A program made the translations under genes and the position numbers. Shown piece by piece: positions 57,598 to 64,000 of a stretch of 64,000 nt of DNA. The DNA lies in assembly GCA_022709735.1 (NCBI GenBank), contig JAKLIG010000005.1, forward strand, positions 5,884 to 69,883, read 5' to 3'. The DNA is from Patescibacteria group bacterium. GTDB lineage: Bacteria; Patescibacteriota; Minisyncoccia; Moranbacterales; UBA2206. Numbering within the stretch: the first letter of the stretch is position 1; the number at the start of each line of letters is the position of its first letter. The notes beneath the pieces are model-generated. The model was not told the DNA's origin. It did no database searches and saw only the letters and a list, made by a program, of their open reading frames with translations.

Positions 57598-58256
57598 ATT
57601 TTCTCTAATATATCCTCGAACACTTTTTCAATTTCCTGATCACCGTTAATTTCTGCTAACTTTCCTTCTTTTTTATAATATTCCACAATTGGCATCGTTT
57701 CTTCTTTGAATATCCCCAATCTTTTTTTCACACCTTCTTCACTGTCATCAATCCGCTGAATTATTTTCCCTCCACATTCATTGCCTGCCTGCCGGTAGGC
57801 ATGGCATTTTTCTCCTGCACTCTGAATATCTTTTCCTAGAATAAAAACTTTTTTGCATTTTTCACAAACTCTTCTTTTGGAGATTCTTTTGATTGATTCT
57901 TCCTTTGAAAGATTAATGGAAATAACTTTGTCTATTTTTCTTCCTGATTCTTTGATCGCTTCTTCAAAATAGCCAAGCTGATCAATGCTTCTCGGCACCC
58001 CATCAAAAACAATTCCTTGTTCTCTTGGAAGCCCTAATAATTTCAAATGGATCACTTCTCGTAATATTCTGTCGCTTACTAATTCTTTTTTAATGTTAAC
58101 GATTTCGTGAATTTCTTTTCCAAGCGGAGTTTCAAGAAGCGCTACCTCGCGCAAAAACTTTCCCATATCAATATGTTCCGCTTCAAATTTCTTTGCTAAT
58201 TTTTCCGCTTGCGTTCCTTTGCCGGAACCTTGCGGACCTAAAATTACTATATTCAA
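57591..58256 (-). CDS. adk: Adenylate kinase (with Cys4 LID zinc site)
   Basis: NIVILGPQGSGKGTQA P-loop; CEKCKK...C...C in the LID. Apparent TTG start. Confidence 0.85.
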   Translation of the reverse strand: MNIVILGPQGSGKGTQAEKLAKKFEAEHIDMGKFLREVALLETPLGKEIHEIVNIKKELVSDRILREVIHLKLLGLPREQGIVFDGVPRSIDQLGYFEEAIKESGRKIDKVISINLSKEESIKRISKRRVCEKCKKVFILGKDIQSAGEKCHAYRQAGNECGGKIIQRIDDSEEGVKKRLGIFKEETMPIVEYYKKEGKLAEINGDQEIEKVFEDILEKIW

Positions 58257-58257
58257 A

Positions 58258-58372
58258 AAATTTTATAATTTTATAATTTTATAATTTTTAAATAATTTTT
58301 AATGCCAAATTTTTAAACATTAGAAATTAAGATTTATTTATAAAATTAAAAATTGGAAATTAAAAATTCGAG
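58258..58372. repeat. Intercistronic AT-rich repeat family A/B, copy B (about 110 bp) between secY stop and adk start
   Basis: Aligns with 51063-51170. It contains one extra TTTTATAA unit. Confidence 0.7.
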
Positions 58373-58385
58373 CGAAGCGAGTTTT

Positions 58386-59657
58386 TCAAAATCCTTCGTA
58401 ATCCCTCATTACCAATTGTCCTTCAATTTGATTGATAAGTTCAATTACCACGGAAACTACGATCAAAAGTCCCGTGCCTCCAATTGAAACTGAACCGATG
58501 CTGGTAAAATTTTGAACAATGAAAGGCAAGACGGCAATGAGCCCAAGAAACACGGCGCCGGTGAGCGTCACGCGATTCATAATCCGAAAAAGATATTCGG
58601 AAGTATTTTTTCCCGGACGAATTCCCGGAACATATCCGCCTTGTTTTTGCAAATTTTCCGCAATTTTGTTGGGATCAAAAACTACCGCGGTATAAAAATA
58701 AGTGAAAGCTACAACTAGAACGAAATAAATTGCGCCGTAGAAAAATTGATTTTGGAAAAAATTTCCCACTGCGCGCGCAATTCCAGCAACTGTTCCATTG
58801 GAAGAGCTAGCCAAAAAATTTGCTACCATTCCTGGGAAAAGCATAATCGACATCGCAAAAATAATTGGGATAACTCCGGCTTGATTGATGCGAAGCGGAA
58901 GATGCGTGGAAGTTCCGCCATACATTCGGTTTCCTCGAATTCTCTTGGCATAAGAAATGGGAATATTTCTCTGCCCTTCCGTCATAAAAACCACTGCGCC
59001 AACCGCGCCAACTGTGATGGCTAAAAATATAATATAAGTGAAAAGTTGGGATGAATCCCAAGTGGAAACAATGCGGGAAATCGCTGAAGGCAAACTAGAA
59101 ACTATGCCGGCAAAGATAATAAGCGAAACTCCATTGCCGATTTTTTTTTCTGTAATCAACTCACCTAGCCACATCAGAAATATCGTTCCGGCCACAGCTA
59201 CAATTATAATTGAGGCTAGCCCAAACATACCTTCCGGCGCCATAATTTGTTGAGCACGAAAAAGCGACATCATACCAATTGTTTGAAGCGCCGCGAGAGG
59301 AACTGTGAGCCAGCGAGTCCATTGATTGAATTTTTCCCGGCCGGCTTCGCCTTCTTCCTTGTAGATTTGTTCGAGTCTCGGGCTAATCATTGTCATAAGC
59401 TGCATAATAATAGAAGAGGTAATGTATGGTCCGACTCCGAGCATCACGATTGAAATACTGGATAGTCCTCCGCCGGAAAAAAGATTAAGTAGCCCGAAAA
59501 ATTGATTGTTATCAAAAAACATCTTGAGTCTTTCCTGGTCAATTCCTGGTATAGGAATGTTGGCCGCCAGACGAAAAATTACCAAAAGCGCCAAGATAAA
59601 AAATATCTTGTTTCTTAGTTCTTTTACTTTGAAGATTTGGATTATTTTGTCAAACAT
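58386..59657 (-). CDS. secY: Preprotein translocase subunit SecY
   Basis: 10-TM SecY topology and motifs. Length 423 aa. Confidence 0.9.
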   Translation of the reverse strand: MFDKIIQIFKVKELRNKIFFILALLVIFRLAANIPIPGIDQERLKMFFDNNQFFGLLNLFSGGGLSSISIVMLGVGPYITSSIIMQLMTMISPRLEQIYKEEGEAGREKFNQWTRWLTVPLAALQTIGMMSLFRAQQIMAPEGMFGLASIIIVAVAGTIFLMWLGELITEKKIGNGVSLIIFAGIVSSLPSAISRIVSTWDSSQLFTYIIFLAITVGAVGAVVFMTEGQRNIPISYAKRIRGNRMYGGTSTHLPLRINQAGVIPIIFAMSIMLFPGMVANFLASSSNGTVAGIARAVGNFFQNQFFYGAIYFVLVVAFTYFYTAVVFDPNKIAENLQKQGGYVPGIRPGKNTSEYLFRIMNRVTLTGAVFLGLIAVLPFIVQNFTSIGSVSIGGTGLLIVVSVVIELINQIEGQLVMRDYEGF

Positions 59658-59660
59658 AAG

Positions 59661-59720
59661 TTAGCTTTTAGCTTTTAGCTTTTAGCTTTTAGCTTTCTCT
59701 ATAAGCTATAAGCTAACTCC
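59661..59720. repeat. Heptamer microsatellite (AGCTTTT)x5 followed by (TATAAGC) units
   Basis: GTTAGCTTTTAGCTTTTAGCTTTTAGCTTTTAGCTTTCTCTATAAGCTATAAGCTAAC. Confidence 0.85.
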
Positions 59721-60157
59721 TATAAGCTAATCTTGCTATTGGATTTTTCAATTGACTTTGAAAAGAGAATGCCTTTTTCAAAAGAAAGTTTCTTTGTAAT
59801 TTTCCCGCCACCGATAATTTTCACACCATTCTTTTTATTCTTTCTGTCAATTAAACCGGCCTGAATTAAAGTATCAATGCTTACAGTTTCTCCATCCTTG
59901 AATTTTTTTTCAATCTTGGAAAACTGGACTATATTCTTTTTTTCTTTTCTAGATTTGAAACCTCTATTTTTTTTCATGTGATCAATAAGCGTTGAGCGCC
60001 CGCCTTCAAATAAAGGATCAACATGCGCGCCACTTCGCGCCTTTTGCCCCTTGTTTCCCTTACCACAATATGTTCCCTTTTTTCCGCCTCGCCCGATAGT
60101 CTTTCTTTTTTTTCTTTTATTATTAAGTTTTAGATTATTAACTTGCATATTTTTCAT
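59720..60157 (-). CDS. rplO: 50S ribosomal protein L15
   Basis: GRGGKKGTYCGKGNKGQKARSG matches the uL15 signature. Confidence 0.8.
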   Translation of the reverse strand: MKNMQVNNLKLNNKRKKRKTIGRGGKKGTYCGKGNKGQKARSGAHVDPLFEGGRSTLIDHMKKNRGFKSRKEKKNIVQFSKIEKKFKDGETVSIDTLIQAGLIDRKNKKNGVKIIGGGKITKKLSFEKGILFSKSIEKSNSKISL

Positions 60158-60259
60158 TTACGAACTACGAAATGATCGAAATACGAAACGTTTTTAGATA
60201 TATTCTCGTATTAATTTTTCGTATTTTCGTATTTAGTATTAATTTCGTATTTCGTAAAA

Positions 60260-60757
60260 CTATTTCATTCTTTCTCCTCTTGTTTTTGAATCTTTAAGAA
60301 TTTTCAAAGCTTCAATGGTGGCTCTCGCAACATTCAGCTTGTTCGCTGTTCCTAGAGATTTTGAAACGATATCTTTTATTCCAGCCAAATCAATGACCGC
60401 TCGCACTGCACCTCCTGCCACGATTCCTCGTCCTTTCGGCGCTGGTTTCAAAATTATCTTAGCACTGCCTGATTTTATGAATATATCATGGCTAATCGTA
60501 TTTTTTTGAACATCAATGTTTATCATGTTCTTTTTGCCGTCATCAAAAGCTTTTTTGATTGCATCTGTCACATCAGCGCCTTTTCCGACTCCTACACCTA
60601 CTCGCCCTTTTTTATTGCCAATAACCAAAGTAGCGCGGAATCTAAATCTTCTTCCACCCTTAACCACGCGAGTGACTCTCGCTAAATCCAAAAGTTTTTG
60701 GTCATATTCCGGCTTTTCTCTTCTGCCTTTTGATCTTCGATTATTATCTCTTCCCAT
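60260..60757 (-). CDS. rpsE: 30S ribosomal protein S5
   Basis: dsRBD-like N-terminal and S5 C-terminal domains (VVKGGRRFRF...). Confidence 0.88.
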   Translation of the reverse strand: MGRDNNRRSKGRREKPEYDQKLLDLARVTRVVKGGRRFRFRATLVIGNKKGRVGVGVGKGADVTDAIKKAFDDGKKNMINIDVQKNTISHDIFIKSGSAKIILKPAPKGRGIVAGGAVRAVIDLAGIKDIVSKSLGTANKLNVARATIEALKILKDSKTRGERMK

Positions 60758-60771
60758 TTGATTTATGCGAC

Positions 60772-60852
60772 ACTAATTTACGAATGATCACTCGAATGTT
60801 TCGAATAAATTCGGGTCATTCGGGTGATAATTCGTATTATTCGAGTCGCTTT
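60772..60852. repeat. Intercistronic repeat family C, copy C2 (between L18 stop and S5 start)
   Basis: TAATTTACGAATGATCACTCGAATGTTTCGAATAAATTCGGGTCATTCGGGTGATAATTCGTATTATTCGAGTCGCTTT. Confidence 0.75.
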
Positions 60853-61199
60853 TAGAATTTTAATCCGCCCGTTCTTGCTCCTTCAGCCAGAGCTTTTATT
60901 TTTCCGTGATATTTATAACCGCTTCTATCATATACGACTTCATTAATTTTTTTCTCAAGACATTTTTTCGCTACCAATTCTCCGACGCTTTTCGCTCCTT
61001 CTAAATTATTTTTAGCTTTTTTTATTTCCTTAAGACTGGCAAAAACCAGCGTCTTTCCCTTGGTGTCATCAATTACTTGCGCCGATATTCCCTTAAGGCT
61101 TTTGAAAACTGAAAGTCGCGGTCTTTTAGCCTCGCCTTTAACTTTCGCCCTTACGCGTCTTTTTCGATGGAGTCTTAGATTGTTTCTACTTGTTTTCAT
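60852..61199 (-). CDS. rplR: 50S ribosomal protein L18
   Basis: uL18 N-terminal basic region and fold. Length 115 aa. Confidence 0.85.
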   Translation of the reverse strand: MKTSRNNLRLHRKRRVRAKVKGEAKRPRLSVFKSLKGISAQVIDDTKGKTLVFASLKEIKKAKNNLEGAKSVGELVAKKCLEKKINEVVYDRSGYKYHGKIKALAEGARTGGLKF

Positions 61200-61213
61200 A
61201 TAATTTATGCAAC

Positions 61214-61293
61214 CCTAATTTACGAATGAACACTCGAATTATTCGAATGAATTCGGGTCATTCGGGTGATAATTCGTGTCATTCGAGTCGCTT
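61214..61293. repeat. Intercistronic repeat family C, copy C3 (between L6 stop and L18 start)
   Basis: Near-identical to C2. It ends at the L6 stop codon and lies 15 nt upstream of the L18 ATG. Confidence 0.75.
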
Positions 61294-61837
61294 ATTTAAC
61301 GGCTCCCGCTTTTTTTCCAACTTTTCTTATAACTTTTTCTCCCTGATATCTGAATCCTTTTCCTTTATACGGTTCAACTTTCTTAAGCGCTCTAATGTTT
61401 GCGGTAAATTGTCCAACTTTTTGCTTGTCAAATCCAGAAATAGACAGCGTGTTATTTTCTTCAATTTTAACTGTCAGTCCTTCCGGAACAATTACTTCTA
61501 CCGGATGAGAAAATCCCAGCGCCATAACTAATTTCTTGCCCTGAAGAGACATTCGAAATCCCACGCCCTGAAGCTCCAATTTTTTCTCATAACCATTTTT
61601 TGCGCCAATAATCATATTATTCACCAGCGCCCGAGTGAGCCCCCAAAGCGCATTCGCTTCCTTGGAACTTCTAAGTGGAGAGGTTTTTATTTCTCCGTCA
61701 GCTATTTCCAATTTGATCTGGCGATTAACTTCCAAATTCAAAGTTCCCTTGGGGCCTTTTACTTCCAATTTATCACCTTCGAGTTTTACTTCAATCCCCT
61801 GCGGAATTGTAATTATTTTTTTTCCTATTTTTGACAT
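61292..61837 (-). CDS. rplF: 50S ribosomal protein L6
   Basis: Two uL6 alpha/beta repeats. The likely start is MSKIGKKIITIP. Confidence 0.85.
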   Translation of the reverse strand: MSKIGKKIITIPQGIEVKLEGDKLEVKGPKGTLNLEVNRQIKLEIADGEIKTSPLRSSKEANALWGLTRALVNNMIIGAKNGYEKKLELQGVGFRMSLQGKKLVMALGFSHPVEVIVPEGLTVKIEENNTLSISGFDKQKVGQFTANIRALKKVEPYKGKGFRYQGEKVIRKVGKKAGAVK

Positions 61838-61847
61838 AAATTTATGT

Positions 61848-62240
61848 TTACCAGACTTCGCAAATATATTCTCCACCTAAACCAAGTTTCCTTGATTCAC
61901 TGCCGGTCATTACTCCTTTAGAAGTAGAGAGAATAGCTGTGCCATAATTATTTTTAACATCCTTAATATCCTTATTTTTAATATAAATTCTCTGGCCCGA
62001 TTTACTGATTTTTCGCAGTCCCGTAATGGCCGGAATTTTTCTAGTCTTCGAAGCTTGATAATATTTCAGGGTTATTTTGATCAATCCTTCTTTCTCCATA
62101 GAAACTGCTTCTATGAAACCTTCCTTTTTTAATATTTCCGCCAAAGCAAATCTAAGCTTAGACGGTCTTATCACCGTTTCCTTTTGCCCAGCCATCTGAG
62201 CATTTCTTATTTTAGTTAGCATTTCAGAAATTTTGTCCAT
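61848..62240 (-). CDS. rpsH: 30S ribosomal protein S8
   Basis: MLTKIRNA... uS8 signature. Length 130 aa. Confidence 0.88.
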   Translation of the reverse strand: MDKISEMLTKIRNAQMAGQKETVIRPSKLRFALAEILKKEGFIEAVSMEKEGLIKITLKYYQASKTRKIPAITGLRKISKSGQRIYIKNKDIKDVKNNYGTAILSTSKGVMTGSESRKLGLGGEYICEVW

Positions 62241-62254
62241 AATTTATAAATTAA

Positions 62255-62440
62255 TTACCAACTGGCTTTTTTAACTCCTGGAATTTGTCCGGTACTGGCT
62301 AATTCTCGAAAACATATCCGGCAAAGATCAAAATGCCTCATATAGCCATGCTTTCTTCCGCACTTCCAACAACGCCTGACAATTCGGGTTGAAAATTTAG
62401 GTTTTTTTCGAGCTCTTGCTTCTGTTGATTTCTTTGCCAT
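62255..62440 (-). CDS. rpsN: 30S ribosomal protein S14 type Z (zinc-binding)
   Basis: 61-aa core MAKKST...[25 protein letters not shown]. The upstream extension in the ORF track is encoded by repeat D2. Confidence 0.82.
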   Translation of the reverse strand: MAKKSTEARARKKPKFSTRIVRRCWKCGRKHGYMRHFDLCRICFRELASTGQIPGVKKASW

Positions 62441-62469
62441 AATTGTCTTCGAGCGGAGCGAGAAGCTAC

Positions 62470-62598
62470 AATTATGAGCATCCCGCACCAATTCACAGAT
62501 TAATTTTTCTATTACATCTTAGCTTAGCCGCAGGCGAATTCGCAATTTAAATTATACACTTTGTAAAATTTTAATTGGAATTGGTGCGGGATAGCCAT
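62470..62598. repeat. Intercistronic repeat family D, copy D2 (terminal inverted repeats GCATCCCGCACCAATTC ... GAATTGGTGCGGGAT)
   Basis: Aligns with 48661-48788. It lies between the L5 stop and the S14 start. Confidence 0.7.
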
Positions 62599-62616
62599 CT
62601 TTTTTCTTCTTTATTG

Positions 62617-63159
62617 TTATTTAACCTCCATCGGAAATCCTAATAATTTAAACAGGGTTAATCCTTTGGCTCTATCATGTGCATCCGTTACTATCGTCAC
62701 TTCCAAGCTGAAAATATTCTTAACTTCTTCCGGCAAAATTTCTGGAAAAATCAAATGCTCTTTTATCCCGATATTCAAATTCCCCGATGCATCCACTGCT
62801 GAATCCTTGAGCCCGTGAAAATCTTTCACGCGAGGAAGCGCTGCTTGGACTAATTTTTCCACAAAATTCCACATTCTTTCTCCGCGCAAAGTCACTTTCA
62901 TTCCAACTTCCAATCCTTCTCTTATTTTGAAACCAGCAATTGATTTTTTTGATTTGGTTGAGAGCGGTTTTTGACCAGTAATAGTCGAGATGGATTTTGC
63001 TATATCTTCAATCTGATTGGAATCTTTCAAAAATTTCCCCACTCCGACATTCACTACAACTTTTTTGATTCTTGGCACTTCTAAATCGTTGGAAAGATTG
63101 AATTCTTTCTTCATTTGAGGAACTACTTCTTTTTTATACTTTTCGCGAATACTATTCAT
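62617..63159 (-). CDS. rplE: 50S ribosomal protein L5
   Basis: uL5 fold. Length 180 aa. Confidence 0.88.
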   Translation of the reverse strand: MNSIREKYKKEVVPQMKKEFNLSNDLEVPRIKKVVVNVGVGKFLKDSNQIEDIAKSISTITGQKPLSTKSKKSIAGFKIREGLEVGMKVTLRGERMWNFVEKLVQAALPRVKDFHGLKDSAVDASGNLNIGIKEHLIFPEILPEEVKNIFSLEVTIVTDAHDRAKGLTLFKLLGFPMEVK

Positions 63160-63183
63160 GGGTTTTTTACTAATTACTAAATT

Positions 63184-63489
63184 TTATATTTCTCCTTGGC
63201 ATTTTTTACAAATTCTTTGTTTTTCTCCGTTTATAATTTTATATCCAATTCGGGAAGTTTTCGCGCATTTCGGACAAACTAGCATTGCGTTGGAAACTTC
63301 AACTTTTCTCGGTATCTCAATTCGCTGTCCTTTTTCTCCTTGCTTCCTCGGTTTAGCATGCTTTTTCATTATATTTAAACCTTCCACAGTTATTTTTCCT
63401 TCTTGTGGAAAAGACTGTAAAACTTTTCCGGTTTTCCCAGAATCTTTTCCTGCTTTCATTTTAACTATGTCATTTTTCTTTATCTTCAT
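63184..63489 (-). CDS. rplX: 50S ribosomal protein L24 (with C-terminal CxxC...CxxC extension)
   Basis: KOW motif IKKNDIVKMKAGKDSGKTGKV; C-terminal CPKCAK...CKKCQG. Confidence 0.85.
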   Translation of the reverse strand: MKIKKNDIVKMKAGKDSGKTGKVLQSFPQEGKITVEGLNIMKKHAKPRKQGEKGQRIEIPRKVEVSNAMLVCPKCAKTSRIGYKIINGEKQRICKKCQGEI

Positions 63490-63509
63490 AATATTTTCTT
63501 AAACAATTC

Positions 63510-63875
63510 TTACAAAACTTCTGGCGCGAGTGAAATTATCTTATTATATCCTCTGTCTCTTATTTCTCTGGCTACCGGCCCGAAAATTCTTGTACCCTTT
63601 GGTTCTTCACCTTCCAAAATAACTGCCGCGTTTTCATCAAATCTAATATATGATCCGTCGCGTCTTCGCAGTTCTTTTCTTTGTCTCACTATTACCGCTT
63701 TTACCTTGTCTCCCTTTTTTACCATTCCACGCGGTTCAGCAGATTTCACCGAAGCCACGACAACATCTCCGATTCTAGCAAATCGTCTTCTTGTCCCACC
63801 CAAAACCTTGAAGCATTCAATTATTTTTGCTCCAGTGTTATCAGCTACTTTCAATTTTGTTTCTGCTTGAATCAT
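63510..63875 (-). CDS. rplN: 50S ribosomal protein L14
   Basis: [17 protein letters not shown]... uL14 signature. Confidence 0.9.
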   Translation of the reverse strand: MIQAETKLKVADNTGAKIIECFKVLGGTRRRFARIGDVVVASVKSAEPRGMVKKGDKVKAVIVRQRKELRRRDGSYIRFDENAAVILEGEEPKGTRIFGPVAREIRDRGYNKIISLAPEVL

Positions 63876-63889
63876 ATATTTAAACTATC

Positions 63890-64000
63890 TTATATTTCTT
63901 ATCCTTGCTCATTGGTCGACAAGCGACAATTTCTACTTTGTCTCCGACCTGACATTTATTTTCTTCATCATGCGCCTTGTATCTTTTGGTTGATTGATAT
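63890..64000 (-). CDS. rpsQ: 30S ribosomal protein S17, partial (N-terminus beyond the window end)
   Basis: Reverse-strand reading to the window end gives ...[35 protein letters not shown]. Confidence 0.7.

Noticed and set aside
51507-61531. ORFs 51507..51908(+) and 61190..61531(+) share the peptide N(L)(Q/R)MNTR(M/I)IRMNSGHS and might look like paralogous small proteins
   Set aside because: The shared residues come from translating repeat family C on the non-coding strand. Both ORFs are antisense to or overlap real minus-strand genes and their intergenic spacers.
1-64000. tRNA, rRNA or other canonical RNA genes
   Set aside because: No stretch showed a tRNA-like acceptor/T-arm pattern or rRNA-like conservation. 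Intergenic hairpins are better explained as terminators or repeat elements.

Overview
The window is AT-rich (about 33% GC), densely coded, reads cleanly in the standard genetic code, and looks like a CPR/Patescibacteria-type genome fragment. No rRNA, tRNA or CRISPR array was found.

Gene content, in order:
- 736-27380: a nucleotide-excision-repair/SOS neighbourhood (uvrA, uvrC, a second full-length uvrA, lexA, a four-helix-bundle protein, uvrB). Embedded in it is a tandem array of four paralogous Cys-rich surface proteins (3773-12789) and a DsbA-like oxidoreductase.
- 26142-27380: argG, which looks GC-richer than its surroundings.
- 27663-29983: a holin-like membrane protein, secG and an oligopeptide-type solute-binding protein.
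- 29994-39602: a sugar-nucleotide cluster (cupin-type PGI, bifunctional ManC, two phosphohexomutases) plus RNase J, TrpS and a 2H phosphoesterase.
- 40644-46270: a dockerin-like repeat protein, a truncated Clp-type AAA protein, a DUF2207 protein and a HypF C-terminal-domain protein.
- 46391-51589 (minus strand): hypE-hypD-hypC followed by NuoG/F/E-like diaphorase genes, with no hydrogenase catalytic subunit in the window.
- 51684-64000: fba, tpiA, dedA, a GalT-like gene, a GT2 glycosyltransferase, ruvX, map, adk, secY and the spc ribosomal-protein operon (L15, S5, L18, L6, S8, S14, L5, L24, L14, S17 partial).

The least expected observations:
- At least three families of 80-130 bp intercistronic repeat elements occur in both the hydrogenase-maturation operon and the ribosomal operon. 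One family keeps a fixed position relative to the neighbouring stop and start codons.
- A family of short elements has TTGTCAT...ATGACAA ends and variable internal hairpins; one copy sits directly upstream of lexA.
- There are 7-bp microsatellites (AGCTTTT, CTTAATT). One has been inserted in frame into uvrC together with other genomic simple-repeat motifs.
- Relic copies of the uvrB 3' end are scattered 1.4-2 kb away from uvrB.
- The surface-protein paralogs all end in a conserved ...W(Q/R)EVAP tail.
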